DNA from: Bacilli bacterium
Lineage (GTDB): Bacteria > Bacillota_I > Bacilli_A > RFN20 > CAG-826
DNA length: 64,000 bases
Direction: 5' to 3'
Assembly: GCA_045598525.1 (NCBI GenBank)
Contig: JAZLMH010000023.1
Coordinates: 81,201 to 145,200 of the forward strand
Below are positions 1 through 8,603 of the stretch, piece by piece. The notes under the pieces were generated by a model. It saw only the letters and a program-made list of their open reading frames with translations. It did no database searches and was not told the DNA's origin. Position 1 is the first letter of the stretch, and the number at the start of each line of letters is the position of its first letter. Made by a program: the position numbers and the translations under genes.

Positions 1-687
1 CCATTCGCCATTATCTCACTTTTCGCTGGCGTTATTATTGGTTCTCTCCCAGTTATAACAAAAGAGATAAAACATGTAAAATTCACTGCAAAACCTATAT
101 TAATCATTGCAATCGGCGCTTTATTTGCTGCTGGAATCGGCGTGCTTAGCGCGATTGCAAAACTCAATAATTGGGGCAATTTCGAAGCGGCATTTGCAGT
201 CGGAGAATGGTGGACATATCTAGGTGTCTTTGCTGCCGGTTTTATTGCTGCAATGGCATGCATTGTTCCAGGTATTAGCGGAGCGATGCTTTTGTTCGTC
301 GCCGGCTTATACGATCCTGTTGTCCACATTTACTTAGGTGATAACTCAATTCTTCACAATCATGATAGGTTATTAAGCGGGGTATTCTTGACCCTTTCCC
401 TTCTTGTCGGCATTATTGCTGGCTTCATTTTAACAAGTAAATTAATGAAAACTCTTTTGGAAAAGCATCATGATGGAACATATCTAGCCGTCTTTGGTTT
501 CATCGCTGGATCAATCATTTCAATGTATGTTAACCAAAGCATGATTGACACAAACACTCTTGCTTGGAAATACACAACTGTCCAGCCATGGGAATGGATT
601 GTTGGATTCGTTCTCCTTGTCGGCGCAACAATAGGCTTCTTTTTCATATCAAAGAAGGCTTTAAGTAACCAAGAAACAACCAAATAA
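1..687 (+). CDS. DUF368-family polytopic membrane protein (polyprenyl-phosphate translocase-like); 5' end cut by window edge
   Basis: Frame 1 is open from base 1 (PFAIISLFAGVIIGSLPV...) into track ORF 142..687. Multi-TM. IVPGISGAML resembles the repeated PG(V/I)SGG signature of DUF368. Confidence 0.65.
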   Translation, partial: PFAIISLFAGVIIGSLPVITKEIKHVKFTAKPILIIAIGALFAAGIGVLSAIAKLNNWGNFEAAFAVGEWWTYLGVFAAGFIAAMACIVPGISGAMLLFVAGLYDPVVHIYLGDNSILHNHDRLLSGVFLTLSLLVGIIAGFILTSKLMKTLLEKHHDGTYLAVFGFIAGSIISMYVNQSMIDTNTLAWKYTTVQPWEWIVGFVLLVGATIGFFFISKKALSNQETTK

Positions 688-733
688 AACTGGCCTAAAG
701 TTGGCATAGATACTGAACTTTTACATTTTTTCA

Positions 734-761
734 TTGACAACATATTATGAAATAATATCAT
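734..761 (+). promoter_or_regulatory. Putative sigma-A promoter of the TetR gene
   Basis: -35 TTGACA 734-739, 16-nt spacer, -10 TATCAT 756-761. GGAGA SD precedes ATG 787. Confidence 0.4.
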
Positions 762-786
762 TTTAATATTACTTTGGAGAAAACTT

Positions 787-1356
787 ATGCCAAGAACAGC
801 TGTTCAAAACGCTATTATCAGAGACAAAAGAAAGACGAAGATCATGATGAAAACTCTTAAGCTATTTGCTACAAGAGGTTTTGATGAGGTCACAATCGAC
901 GGGATCTCAAACGAAAGCAACTGTTCACACGGGTTGATCTATCACTACTTCGAGAAGAAGGACGATATTTTTAATGACCTTTTAGTTCTCCAATCAGAAG
1001 AATTCAAAGAGAGCGTTTTCCCAAAAGATGCTGCTCTTGCTGCTGGTGGTTTAGACGGTCTTAAGATTGTTTGTGAGCATTATGAAAATCTTAAAAATTT
1101 CAGCAAAAACCACTTATATTTCGCTAAAGTTAACTTGAATCGTGATTATTCAACTTACACAGCTACAAAAAAGCTTAATGGTGAGAGCCCATTAGCAACA
1201 ATCGCTACGCTTTGTGATCAAGCAGGTCTGGCGGAAGGCGTTCCTATGTCTTTCATCGATTACCTTAATGGCGTTATCTCCCGTTTAATTTCCGCAGAAG
1301 GAAAAATGGCCGAACTTCTATCCGGCCAATTATTCGCATTTGTTTCAAAGAAATAA
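787..1356 (+). CDS. TetR/AcrR-family transcriptional regulator
   Basis: N-terminal TetR HTH: TLKLFATRGFDEVTIDGISNESNCSHGLIYHYFEKKDDIF. Confidence 0.85.
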   Translation: MPRTAVQNAIIRDKRKTKIMMKTLKLFATRGFDEVTIDGISNESNCSHGLIYHYFEKKDDIFNDLLVLQSEEFKESVFPKDAALAAGGLDGLKIVCEHYENLKNFSKNHLYFAKVNLNRDYSTYTATKKLNGESPLATIATLCDQAGLAEGVPMSFIDYLNGVISRLISAEGKMAELLSGQLFAFVSKK

Positions 1357-1359
1357 AAA

Positions 1360-2904
1360 TTAAAGATATTTTTGATTGAAACGCTTAATTTTAGCGTATG
1401 TTTTTGATAAAGTCGGGAACATCGTTAAATAAATCTTAAATAAGTGATCATATTTTTCAGCGTTTTCTGGATTTGGCACAAATGTATCTTTTACTCTTAC
1501 CATTTCCTTGACCGCTTCTTCTGTTGTTTTATATTCCCCGATTGCAATAAAGCATGCGATTGCAGCCCCCAAAGAGCAAGTTTCATTAGTCTGAACGCGT
1601 GACACCGGTCTATTAAATATATCGGCTGTAATTTGGCATACTTCGTTACTTTTCGATCCACCCCCAGATACTCTAAGCTCTGGTATTTTATGATGTAGCA
1701 CCTTTTCAAAGTGTTCTAAGCCTTCTCTTAAAGCGTAGTTGATACCTTCAATAATGGCTCTATATACGTGTTCTCTTGTAATGACGTCGCTGAAACCAAC
1801 CATCGCTCCTTTTGCCAAAGGTCTTGAGAGGCCCGGACCCCAGTATGGCTGCAAGACCAAGCCATCGCTTCCAGGCGGAACATCATTTATATGTTCGTCA
1901 TAATATTTGATTGATGCAGGTTCGTTTTCTTTACTTTGGTGTGCGATTTCTTTTAAGAACCAACTAATCATCCAGAAACCACGATAAATCTGGATGTCCA
2001 TATTGTAATAACCAGCCGTTGCCGCAGGGTATCCAGGCAAAAAAGGTTCAGATTCGTGGTATTTAGTGCATGTTGTTTCGATGGTTGAGGCTGTTCCAAA
2101 ACTAACGGCGCCGTGCTTCTCGTCAATAACGCCTAAGCCTAATGTTTCGCACGATTTATCTGATCCGCCGGCATAGAAAGGTAGTCCTTCTGGAAGCCCT
2201 GTTTCTTCGGCTGCCTGTTTTGTTATCTCACCAATCTTTTCGCCTTCCTTAACCAGCTCAGGAAGTAGGTCTCTTGTTATGCCGAAAATCTGCCCGGTAA
2301 GGTGTTTTTCTGGTTTTTTGTACCATTGTTTTCTTTTGAAATCGATTGGATAGTGGCCCGCAGCATTTGAGGCGCAGTCTTTTAGTTGACCAGTTACACG
2401 ATATGTTAAGTATGTAGAAATAGGAACATACTTAGAGACTTTTGCCCAATTTTCTGGTTCGTTTTCCTGCAGCCAATTAGCAACACACCTTCTACGGTTG
2501 AAATTAATTGTCTCCGTCTTACCAACAAGTTTAAAGAGGATTCTTGGTATTAGCGGAAGGGGCTTTTCACATTTGGCATTTCTTTGATCAAGCCAGAGAA
2601 CGCTAGGTCTAATTACGTTCATCTCTTTGTCCAGAAGAACGGCTGTGTCTCGGAAGCAAGTAAGAGTTATGCCCTTAACGTTTTTAATTAACTCAGGATA
2701 CTCTTTTGCAAGCTCTCTCGAAATCTCACAAAAGTCATCATAGTACTCATGAGGGTTTTTCTCACAATAGTTTGGCTTTGTTGAAAAGTAAGGCTCAGCA
2801 TATTCTTTTTGTTTTATAGCTAGAGTGTTGCCTTTTTTGTCAAAAACAGCAACTCGAACGCTCTGCGTCCCAAAGTCCATAGTCATTACTAGTGATTGGC
2901 TCAT
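1360..2904 (-). CDS. FGGY-family carbohydrate kinase (substrate unknown)
   Basis: MDFGTQSVRVAVFD N-terminal actin-fold phosphate-1 motif, GGGSKS C-terminal motif, 514 aa typical of xylulo/glycerol-kinase-like enzymes. AGAGGGA SD. Confidence 0.85.
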   Translation of the reverse strand: MSQSLVMTMDFGTQSVRVAVFDKKGNTLAIKQKEYAEPYFSTKPNYCEKNPHEYYDDFCEISRELAKEYPELIKNVKGITLTCFRDTAVLLDKEMNVIRPSVLWLDQRNAKCEKPLPLIPRILFKLVGKTETINFNRRRCVANWLQENEPENWAKVSKYVPISTYLTYRVTGQLKDCASNAAGHYPIDFKRKQWYKKPEKHLTGQIFGITRDLLPELVKEGEKIGEITKQAAEETGLPEGLPFYAGGSDKSCETLGLGVIDEKHGAVSFGTASTIETTCTKYHESEPFLPGYPAATAGYYNMDIQIYRGFWMISWFLKEIAHQSKENEPASIKYYDEHINDVPPGSDGLVLQPYWGPGLSRPLAKGAMVGFSDVITREHVYRAIIEGINYALREGLEHFEKVLHHKIPELRVSGGGSKSNEVCQITADIFNRPVSRVQTNETCSLGAAIACFIAIGEYKTTEEAVKEMVRVKDTFVPNPENAEKYDHLFKIYLTMFPTLSKTYAKIKRFNQKYL

Positions 2905-3123
2905 AATGAATCCCTCTTTAATTATTAAAGATTTTACACGAAGAAAAACACCAAGTGTTAAACTATTTATTGATAGAAAACAAAAACTCTAAAGGTCATT
3001 TTCTGATTTATCAGCCGCTCAGGTTTGCTTTATGAAAAAGCAGGGGAAACGTAGTGCCTAATTTCTAAAAACACCTTTGGAACACCCGCAATTAAATGTT
3101 CTATAATAGTCATGGAGTAAATT

Positions 3124-4425
3124 ATGTTTGCAGTTATTCAAGCTGGCGGAGCAGGAACAAGATTAAAAACCATTTCTGGTGACTTGCCAAAAGGAATGGT
3201 CGAAATTGGCGGAAAACCAATTCTCGAATGGCAGCTTTTGAATCTTAAAAAAAGCGGAATAACAGAAATCGTGATCTTAATCTCAAAAAACGGCGATTCG
3301 ATTATAGGCCATTTTGGGTCGGGTGCAAGATTAGGATTAAACATAAAGTATGTTGTTGAAGAATCTCCTCTAGGGACTGCCGGCGGTCTTTATTATGTGA
3401 AAAACATGATACGAGACGACTTTGTTCTCTGTTTTGGAGATCTGATGCTCGACGTCGATTGGAAGCGATTCGTGGCATATCATAAAGAGAAAAAAGGTTT
3501 CTTAACGGCTTTCGGCCACCCAAATTCACACCCTTTTGACAGCGATCTTCTCGTACCCGATAAAGAAAATAAAATCCTTTCGATAGATAGTAAAAACAAC
3601 GTTCGTGACTACTACTACGAAAACATCACAAACGCGGGTTTGTACGTTTGCTCCAAAGAAGTTCTCAAATACATCGAGCAACCAGAAAAAATTGATTTTG
3701 AGAAGGTTGTTTTGCGTCATTTCATAGAACAAGGAAAAGCTTTCATTTACCGTTCTAGCGAATATGTCAAAGACTGCGGAACCCCGGAACGCTATTACTC
3801 GGTTGAAGAAGATATCAAAAACGGAACCGTTGAGAACAAATCTTTAAGAAACGTTCAAAAAGCAATTTTCCTTGATAGGGATGGAACAATAAATAAATAT
3901 GCAGGTTTTATCACTGCCCCAGAGCAGTTAGTGCTCGAAAAAGAGGCCTCCGAAGCAATCAAGTTAATAAACAAACTAGGCTATCTCGCAATAGTTGTCA
4001 CAAACCAGCCTCAAGTAGCCAGAGGAGACGTCTCTTTCGATGATCTCAGAGCCATCCATAACAAATTAGAAACCGATTTAGGAAAGGATGGCGCTTATAT
4101 AGACGCAATATATTTCTGTCCACATCACCCTGACAAAGGGTTTCCAGGCGAAAGAGAAGAATTAAAAATCGAGTGCGATTGCCGAAAACCTTCAATTGGA
4201 CTTCTTTTAAAAGCCAAGGAACGCTTCAACATTGACTTTTCCAGAAGCTGGTTTATCGGAGATACGACAAGAGATATACAAACAGGCCTAAACGCCGGCT
4301 GTAAAACAGTATTTTTGACATCTGGAAACGATGAGCCAATCATAAGGTTCCCTGAGGCGACGCCTGATTATAGGTGTAAATCCTTAAAAGAAGCGGTTGA
4401 AACCATAATTAAAAACGGTTGTTAA
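3124..4425 (+). CDS. Fusion protein: sugar-phosphate nucleotidyltransferase (N-terminal) plus HAD-IIIA GmhB-like heptose-bisphosphate phosphatase (C-terminal)
   Basis: AGGAGTRL (GGxGTRL) and LGTAGG motifs at the N-terminus. C-terminus has FLDRDGTIN, VVTNQPQVARG, CPHHP, CDCRKP and GDTTRD, as in GmhB. Confidence 0.8.
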   Translation: MFAVIQAGGAGTRLKTISGDLPKGMVEIGGKPILEWQLLNLKKSGITEIVILISKNGDSIIGHFGSGARLGLNIKYVVEESPLGTAGGLYYVKNMIRDDFVLCFGDLMLDVDWKRFVAYHKEKKGFLTAFGHPNSHPFDSDLLVPDKENKILSIDSKNNVRDYYYENITNAGLYVCSKEVLKYIEQPEKIDFEKVVLRHFIEQGKAFIYRSSEYVKDCGTPERYYSVEEDIKNGTVENKSLRNVQKAIFLDRDGTINKYAGFITAPEQLVLEKEASEAIKLINKLGYLAIVVTNQPQVARGDVSFDDLRAIHNKLETDLGKDGAYIDAIYFCPHHPDKGFPGEREELKIECDCRKPSIGLLLKAKERFNIDFSRSWFIGDTTRDIQTGLNAGCKTVFLTSGNDEPIIRFPEATPDYRCKSLKEAVETIIKNGC

Positions 4426-4490
4426 TCGCCGCGAAAACAACAGAAGGAAAACGTGTATTTTACTTACAAAACAAGTGAAAATCCTGAGCA

Positions 4491-4527
4491 AAAACGCGCT
4501 CAATCAATCGAAGCGCGTTTTTATTTT
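4491..4527. terminator. Bidirectional rho-independent terminator between convergent genes
   Basis: aaaaACGCGCT-loop-AGCGCGTtttt, with an A-run on one side and a T-run on the other. Confidence 0.7.
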
Positions 4528-4529
4528 TC

Positions 4530-5258
4530 TTATATTCCAAATATTTCTTTGACTTCTTGCGGGTCTATAAGCTGAAACGTTTGAGCGTCACAGCATTTAA
4601 GGTTTTCTTTTAAGTTTTCAGCCTTCTCAATTGTCCAAACATTAACTATATGGTTCTTTTGATATTTCATCACTTTAGGTTCTTTAAGAAGTACGTCTTC
4701 AACATCAACCGAATCAAACAAGAACTTCCACATAAACATGTTCTCATGTTTCTTACAAACAAGAAGCGCAGTAGCGAAACCACTGTGTCTAAAGTGGACA
4801 AGCGCTCTAGGATCAAAGGAGATAACGACGATTTTCTTCTTGTCCTTAATATGCTCTTTTAGGAACTTTAAAGATTCTTTGCCTAATGCTTTATAGTTTT
4901 TGGAATCATGAACTTTTAGTTCAACAACAATCAGTTTTCTTTCTTGGTTAAGATCAAGAACTTCCTGTAAAGTTGGAATCTCTCCGCCGTCAAACAATCT
5001 ATAACCAGTTTTTATTTCTTCGAGCGTCAATTCTTCAATAATTCCGTCTTTGCCGGTTGTTCTTTTTAGATCGTCATCATGACAAACGACCAGTTTTCCA
5101 TCCTTCGTTAAGTGAATGTCTAATTCAAAAGAAAAGCCATTACGTATAGCGTTATCAAATGCTTTTAGTCCATTTTCTGTATAAAGATCGTTGTGTAATC
5201 CGCGGTGAGCGATCGGCCCAAAATAGTCTTTGCCAAATAAGTTTTCTTTCTTTTTCAT
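4530..5258 (-). CDS. Glycerophosphodiester phosphodiesterase (GDPD family)
   Basis: IAHRGLH...ENGLKAFDNAI...ELDIHLTKDGKLVVCHDDDL are GDPD catalytic motifs. I prefer ATG 5258 (MKKKENL) over the track's GTG 5264. Confidence 0.88.
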   Translation of the reverse strand: MKKKENLFGKDYFGPIAHRGLHNDLYTENGLKAFDNAIRNGFSFELDIHLTKDGKLVVCHDDDLKRTTGKDGIIEELTLEEIKTGYRLFDGGEIPTLQEVLDLNQERKLIVVELKVHDSKNYKALGKESLKFLKEHIKDKKKIVVISFDPRALVHFRHSGFATALLVCKKHENMFMWKFLFDSVDVEDVLLKEPKVMKYQKNHIVNVWTIEKAENLKENLKCCDAQTFQLIDPQEVKEIFGI

Positions 5259-5271
5259 ACACACAATTATA
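5259..5271 (-). promoter_or_regulatory. -10 hexamer placed for a leaderless GDPD transcript
   Basis: Minus strand reads TATAAT (5271->5266), tgtgtgt (7 nt), then ATG 5258. No SD in the gap. Confidence 0.4.
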
Positions 5272-5333
5272 TGCGCTTATAAAAGCGATTTTTGTATCAA
5301 TTGTCGTTTCTTCTTTATAGAAGAATATCTAAG

Positions 5334-5342
5334 TGTTATATT
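5334..5342 (+). promoter_or_regulatory. Extended -10 element upstream of ppdK
   Basis: TGtTATATT at 5334-5342. About 54-nt leader with AGGAGG SD at 5386-5391 before ATG 5397. Confidence 0.4.
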
Positions 5343-5396
5343 TAACGAGCGAGGCACTTTAAAAGGTGCCCCAAAGATTGTCATTAGGAGGACAAT

Positions 5397-8045
5397 ATGG
5401 CAGACAAAAAATATGTATTCTCCTTCAAGGAAGCCAAAGAACAAAAAATTGGCAAAGAAGTCCTTGGTGGAAAAGGCTTTGGTCTTGCCGAGATGACCGC
5501 TGCTGGCATTAACATCCCAGCTGGCTTCACCATCTCAACCGAAGCATGCAACCTCTACTATCAATCTGGAAAAACAATTCCTGATTATGTATGGGAAGAC
5601 GTCGTGGCTCACCTCCACGAAGTCGAAAAACTAAACGGAAAAGAATTTGGCGGCAAAGGTATGCCTCTTCTCGTTTCCGTCCGTTCAGGCGCTCGTGTCT
5701 CTATGCCTGGTATGATGGACACCATTCTTAACCTCGGTTTAAATGATGTCACCGTTGAAGCTATGGCAAAGGCCACAAACAACGAACGTTTCGCTTACGA
5801 CAGCTACCGTCGTTTCATCTTAATGTTCACAAACATTGCTAAAGGTCACCCAAGAACCGCAATGGACAAGATGCTCGACGAACTCAAAGAAGCAAATGGC
5901 TATAAACTCGATACAGAAGTCACAGCAGAACAACTCAAAGCTTTAGTCGCTAAGTACAAAGAGTACTACAAAGGCGTCTTTGGCGAAGACTTCCCAGCCG
6001 ATCCATACCTCCAGCTCAAAGAAGCAGTCACCGCTGTTTTTCGTAGCTGGGACAACGAACGTGCAAACATCTATCGTCAGATGAATGGCATCCCATATGA
6101 CTGGGGCACTGCTGTTAACGTTCAGACAATGGTCTTCGGTAACATGGGTGAAGATTGCGGTACAGGCGTCGCCTTCAGCCGTTCCCCATCCGATGGTACC
6201 CCAGAAGTCTATGCTGAATTCTTACCAAACGCTCAGGGCGAAGACGTCGTCGCTGGTGTCCGTACACCTCTTCACATCGACGCTCTCAAAGAGAGACTCC
6301 CAGAAGTCTACAAAGAATTCATGGCAACCATTAAGAACATGGAACACTTCTTCCGTGATATGCAGGATATGGAGTACACCATTGAAAAAGGTAAACTCTA
6401 CTTCCTCCAGACTCGTAATGGTAAGAGAACCGCTCGTGCTGCTCTCAAGATCGCTTGCGACCTTGTTGATGAAGGCTTAATCACAGAAGAAGAAGCAGTT
6501 CTCCGCGTTGAACCAAAACAGCTCAACGATTTACTCCACCCAACCTTCGATGAAAAAGACCTCAAAGCTCACACACCATGCATTAAAGGTCTCCCAGCAT
6601 CCCCAGGCGCAGGCACCGGTGCTATTGTCTTCACAGCAGAAGAATGCAAAGCACAACACGATGCAGGCAAGAAGGTTGTCCTCGTCCGTGCCGAAACATC
6701 TCCAGAAGACATCATCGGTATGGTCAACTCAGAAGCTATCCTTACCGCACGTGGTGGTATGACATCACACGCAGCTGTCGTTGCTCGTTCAATGGGTAAA
6801 TGCTGTGTTGCTGGTGCAACCGAAATCGTCGTTGACGAAGAAAACAAGATCGTCAAAGTCGGTGAAAAGGTCTATCACGAAGGTGATATCCTTTCCGTCA
6901 ACGGTTCAACAGGTCTCGTCTATGAAGGCGAAATCAAGATGGTTCCAGCAAACCTTGGTGGCGACTTCGGCCGCTTAATGGGTTGGGCAGACAAATACCG
7001 CCGCTTAAAGATCCGCGCAAACTGCAACACACCAGAAGATGCACGTAACGCACAGGGCTTCGGCGCAGAAGGTATCGGTCTTTGCCGTACAGAACGTATG
7101 TTCTTCGCACCAGAAAGAATCCTCAACATGAGATCCATGATCCTTTCCGATACAACCGAACAGCGTGAAGCAGCACTCGAGAGAATCCGTCCATTCATCT
7201 CAGACGACTTCTATCAGATGTATCTCGCTAACCCAGATTCACTTGTTAACATCCGTTTACTTGACCCACCACTTCACGAATTCTTACCAGAAATCCACGA
7301 TGAAGCTAATATCAAAGACATTGCTGAAAAACTCAATGTTACTGTCCAGAAAGTCAAAGATAGAATCAACCAGCTCCTCCAGGCTAACCCAATGATGGGC
7401 TTCCGTGGTGTCCGTCTCTGTGTTGCATACCCAGAAATCTATGCAATGCTCGCACGCGCTATCATCCAGGCTGCTATTAAAGCAGGCAAAGAACTCGGCA
7501 AAGAAGTTGAACCAGAAATTATGATTCCACTCTCAGGCGAGCTCAAAGAATACATGTGGGCAAAGAACGTTGTTGTCAAAGCCGTTGAAGAAGAAATGGC
7601 TAAAGCAGGCGTTAAACTCCACTACCACGTTGGTACAATGATTGAAATCCCAAGAGGCGCATTACGTGCTGGGGACCTCGCAAAAGAAGCAGAATTCTTC
7701 TCCTTCGGTACTAACGACCTTACCCAGCTCACCATGGGCTTCTCCCGTGATGACGCAGGTCAGTTCTTACCATACTACTACGATCGCAAGATCTATGAAT
7801 TCGACCCATTCCAGACCATCGATATTGAAGGTGTTGGCGAACTCGTTAAGATCGCAGTCGAACGTGGCCGTGCAACCCGTCCAGAACTCCTCGTTGGTGT
7901 CTGTGGCGAAACAGGTGGCGATCCAGCTTCCATCATGTTCTATGATGCAGTCGGTCTTGACTATGTCAGCTGCTCACCATTCCGTGTCCCACTCGCAAGA
8001 CTCGCTGCTGCTCAGGCAAACATCCTTAACAGCAAAAAGAAATAG
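5397..8045 (+). CDS. ppdK: Pyruvate, phosphate dikinase
   Basis: 882 aa. GGKGFGLAEM ATP-grasp start, phospho-His loop GGMTSHAAVVARSMG, C-terminal PEP-utilising TIM barrel (FFSFGTNDLTQ). Strong C-ending codon bias. Confidence 0.97.
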   Translation: MADKKYVFSFKEAKEQKIGKEVLGGKGFGLAEMTAAGINIPAGFTISTEACNLYYQSGKTIPDYVWEDVVAHLHEVEKLNGKEFGGKGMPLLVSVRSGARVSMPGMMDTILNLGLNDVTVEAMAKATNNERFAYDSYRRFILMFTNIAKGHPRTAMDKMLDELKEANGYKLDTEVTAEQLKALVAKYKEYYKGVFGEDFPADPYLQLKEAVTAVFRSWDNERANIYRQMNGIPYDWGTAVNVQTMVFGNMGEDCGTGVAFSRSPSDGTPEVYAEFLPNAQGEDVVAGVRTPLHIDALKERLPEVYKEFMATIKNMEHFFRDMQDMEYTIEKGKLYFLQTRNGKRTARAALKIACDLVDEGLITEEEAVLRVEPKQLNDLLHPTFDEKDLKAHTPCIKGLPASPGAGTGAIVFTAEECKAQHDAGKKVVLVRAETSPEDIIGMVNSEAILTARGGMTSHAAVVARSMGKCCVAGATEIVVDEENKIVKVGEKVYHEGDILSVNGSTGLVYEGEIKMVPANLGGDFGRLMGWADKYRRLKIRANCNTPEDARNAQGFGAEGIGLCRTERMFFAPERILNMRSMILSDTTEQREAALERIRPFISDDFYQMYLANPDSLVNIRLLDPPLHEFLPEIHDEANIKDIAEKLNVTVQKVKDRINQLLQANPMMGFRGVRLCVAYPEIYAMLARAIIQAAIKAGKELGKEVEPEIMIPLSGELKEYMWAKNVVVKAVEEEMAKAGVKLHYHVGTMIEIPRGALRAGDLAKEAEFFSFGTNDLTQLTMGFSRDDAGQFLPYYYDRKIYEFDPFQTIDIEGVGELVKIAVERGRATRPELLVGVCGETGGDPASIMFYDAVGLDYVSCSPFRVPLARLAAAQANILNSKKK

Positions 8046-8066
8046 TCTTTAACTAGACAAAAATCT

Positions 8067-8093
8067 GCAGGCTAGCAATAGCCTGCTTTTTTT
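8067..8093 (+). terminator. Rho-independent terminator of ppdK
   Basis: GCAGGCT-agcaat-AGCCTGC followed by TTTTTTT. Confidence 0.8.
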
Positions 8094-8105
8094 ATTCTTT
8101 TATAA

Positions 8106-8138
8106 ATAAAAGAACCTTGGATCAACCAACCAAGGTTC
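8106..8138 (-). terminator. Rho-independent terminator of the antitoxin gene
   Basis: Minus strand: GAACCTTGG-loop-CCAAGGTTC then TTTTATTTAT, 10 nt after the stop at 8149. Confidence 0.7.
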
Positions 8139-8148
8139 CGGAAAGGAG

Positions 8149-8439
8149 CTATAGCTTGCTTAGAGCGGCCTTTATTGAATCAAATCCAGGAAGGTCGCCT
8201 TCTAATATGTTTTCAGTAACAACGCTCTTCTTTAGGGTGTTTTTGGCTTTCTTAGACTGGTTCTTACGCTTAGAATTCCTGCCAGCTTTAATATCAAACG
8301 GAATTCTCTTCTCTCTAACCAGAGCATTCAAATATAGAACGATGGCACTAGACATAGAAATGCCAAGCCTATCAATTATTTTCTCCGCTTCCTTTTTAAG
8401 GCCGCTATCAACACGTAGATTAAGAGTTGTTTTTGGCAT
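8149..8439 (-). CDS. RelB/DinJ-family ribbon-helix-helix antitoxin, with no adjacent toxin gene
   Basis: MPKTTLNLRVDSGLKKEAEKIIDRLGISMSSAIVLYLNALVREKRIPFDI matches the DinJ/RelB N-terminal RHH pattern. Start moved to ATG 8439; the track's 8478 ATG lies inside the operator repeats. Confidence 0.8.
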   Translation of the reverse strand: MPKTTLNLRVDSGLKKEAEKIIDRLGISMSSAIVLYLNALVREKRIPFDIKAGRNSKRKNQSKKAKNTLKKSVVTENILEGDLPGFDSIKAALSKL

Positions 8440-8456
8440 ATATTGCTCTAGGTTTC

Positions 8457-8495
8457 TTGTAACGCAATTGTAACGCATTTGTAACGCTTTTACAA
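8457..8495 (-). promoter_or_regulatory. Operator/promoter: three perfect 9-bp direct repeats at 11-bp spacing overlapping a putative promoter
   Basis: Plus-strand TTGTAACGC at 8457-8465, 8468-8476 and 8479-8487. Minus strand has -35 TTGTAA (8495->8490), 17-nt spacer, -10 TACAAT (8472->8467). Flanking inverted CTTGTAA/TTACAAG. Confidence 0.6.
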
Positions 8496-8603
8496 GATAA
8501 ACAAAAAAGCCATCACTCTGTTAATTTTTAGAATTAATCCTTGAGGATTATTCCTTAAGAAAACCAAAAATCAGACAAAATAATAGGCTTAAAATTTTTG
8601 TGA

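Noticed and set aside
7092-7103. GAACgtatGTTC, a LexA/SOS-box-like palindrome.
   Set aside because: It lies inside the ppdK coding region (encoding TERMFF). An 8-specified-base motif is expected about once by chance in a window this size, and no promoter context is present.
8117-8473. A 118-aa plus-strand ORF, fully antisense to the DinJ-like gene. I considered it as the missing toxin.
   Set aside because: It is the mirror image of a well-supported RHH antitoxin gene. It has no SD or promoter, is Leu/Phe/Ser-rich as antisense frames typically are, and resembles no RelE/YafQ fold motif.
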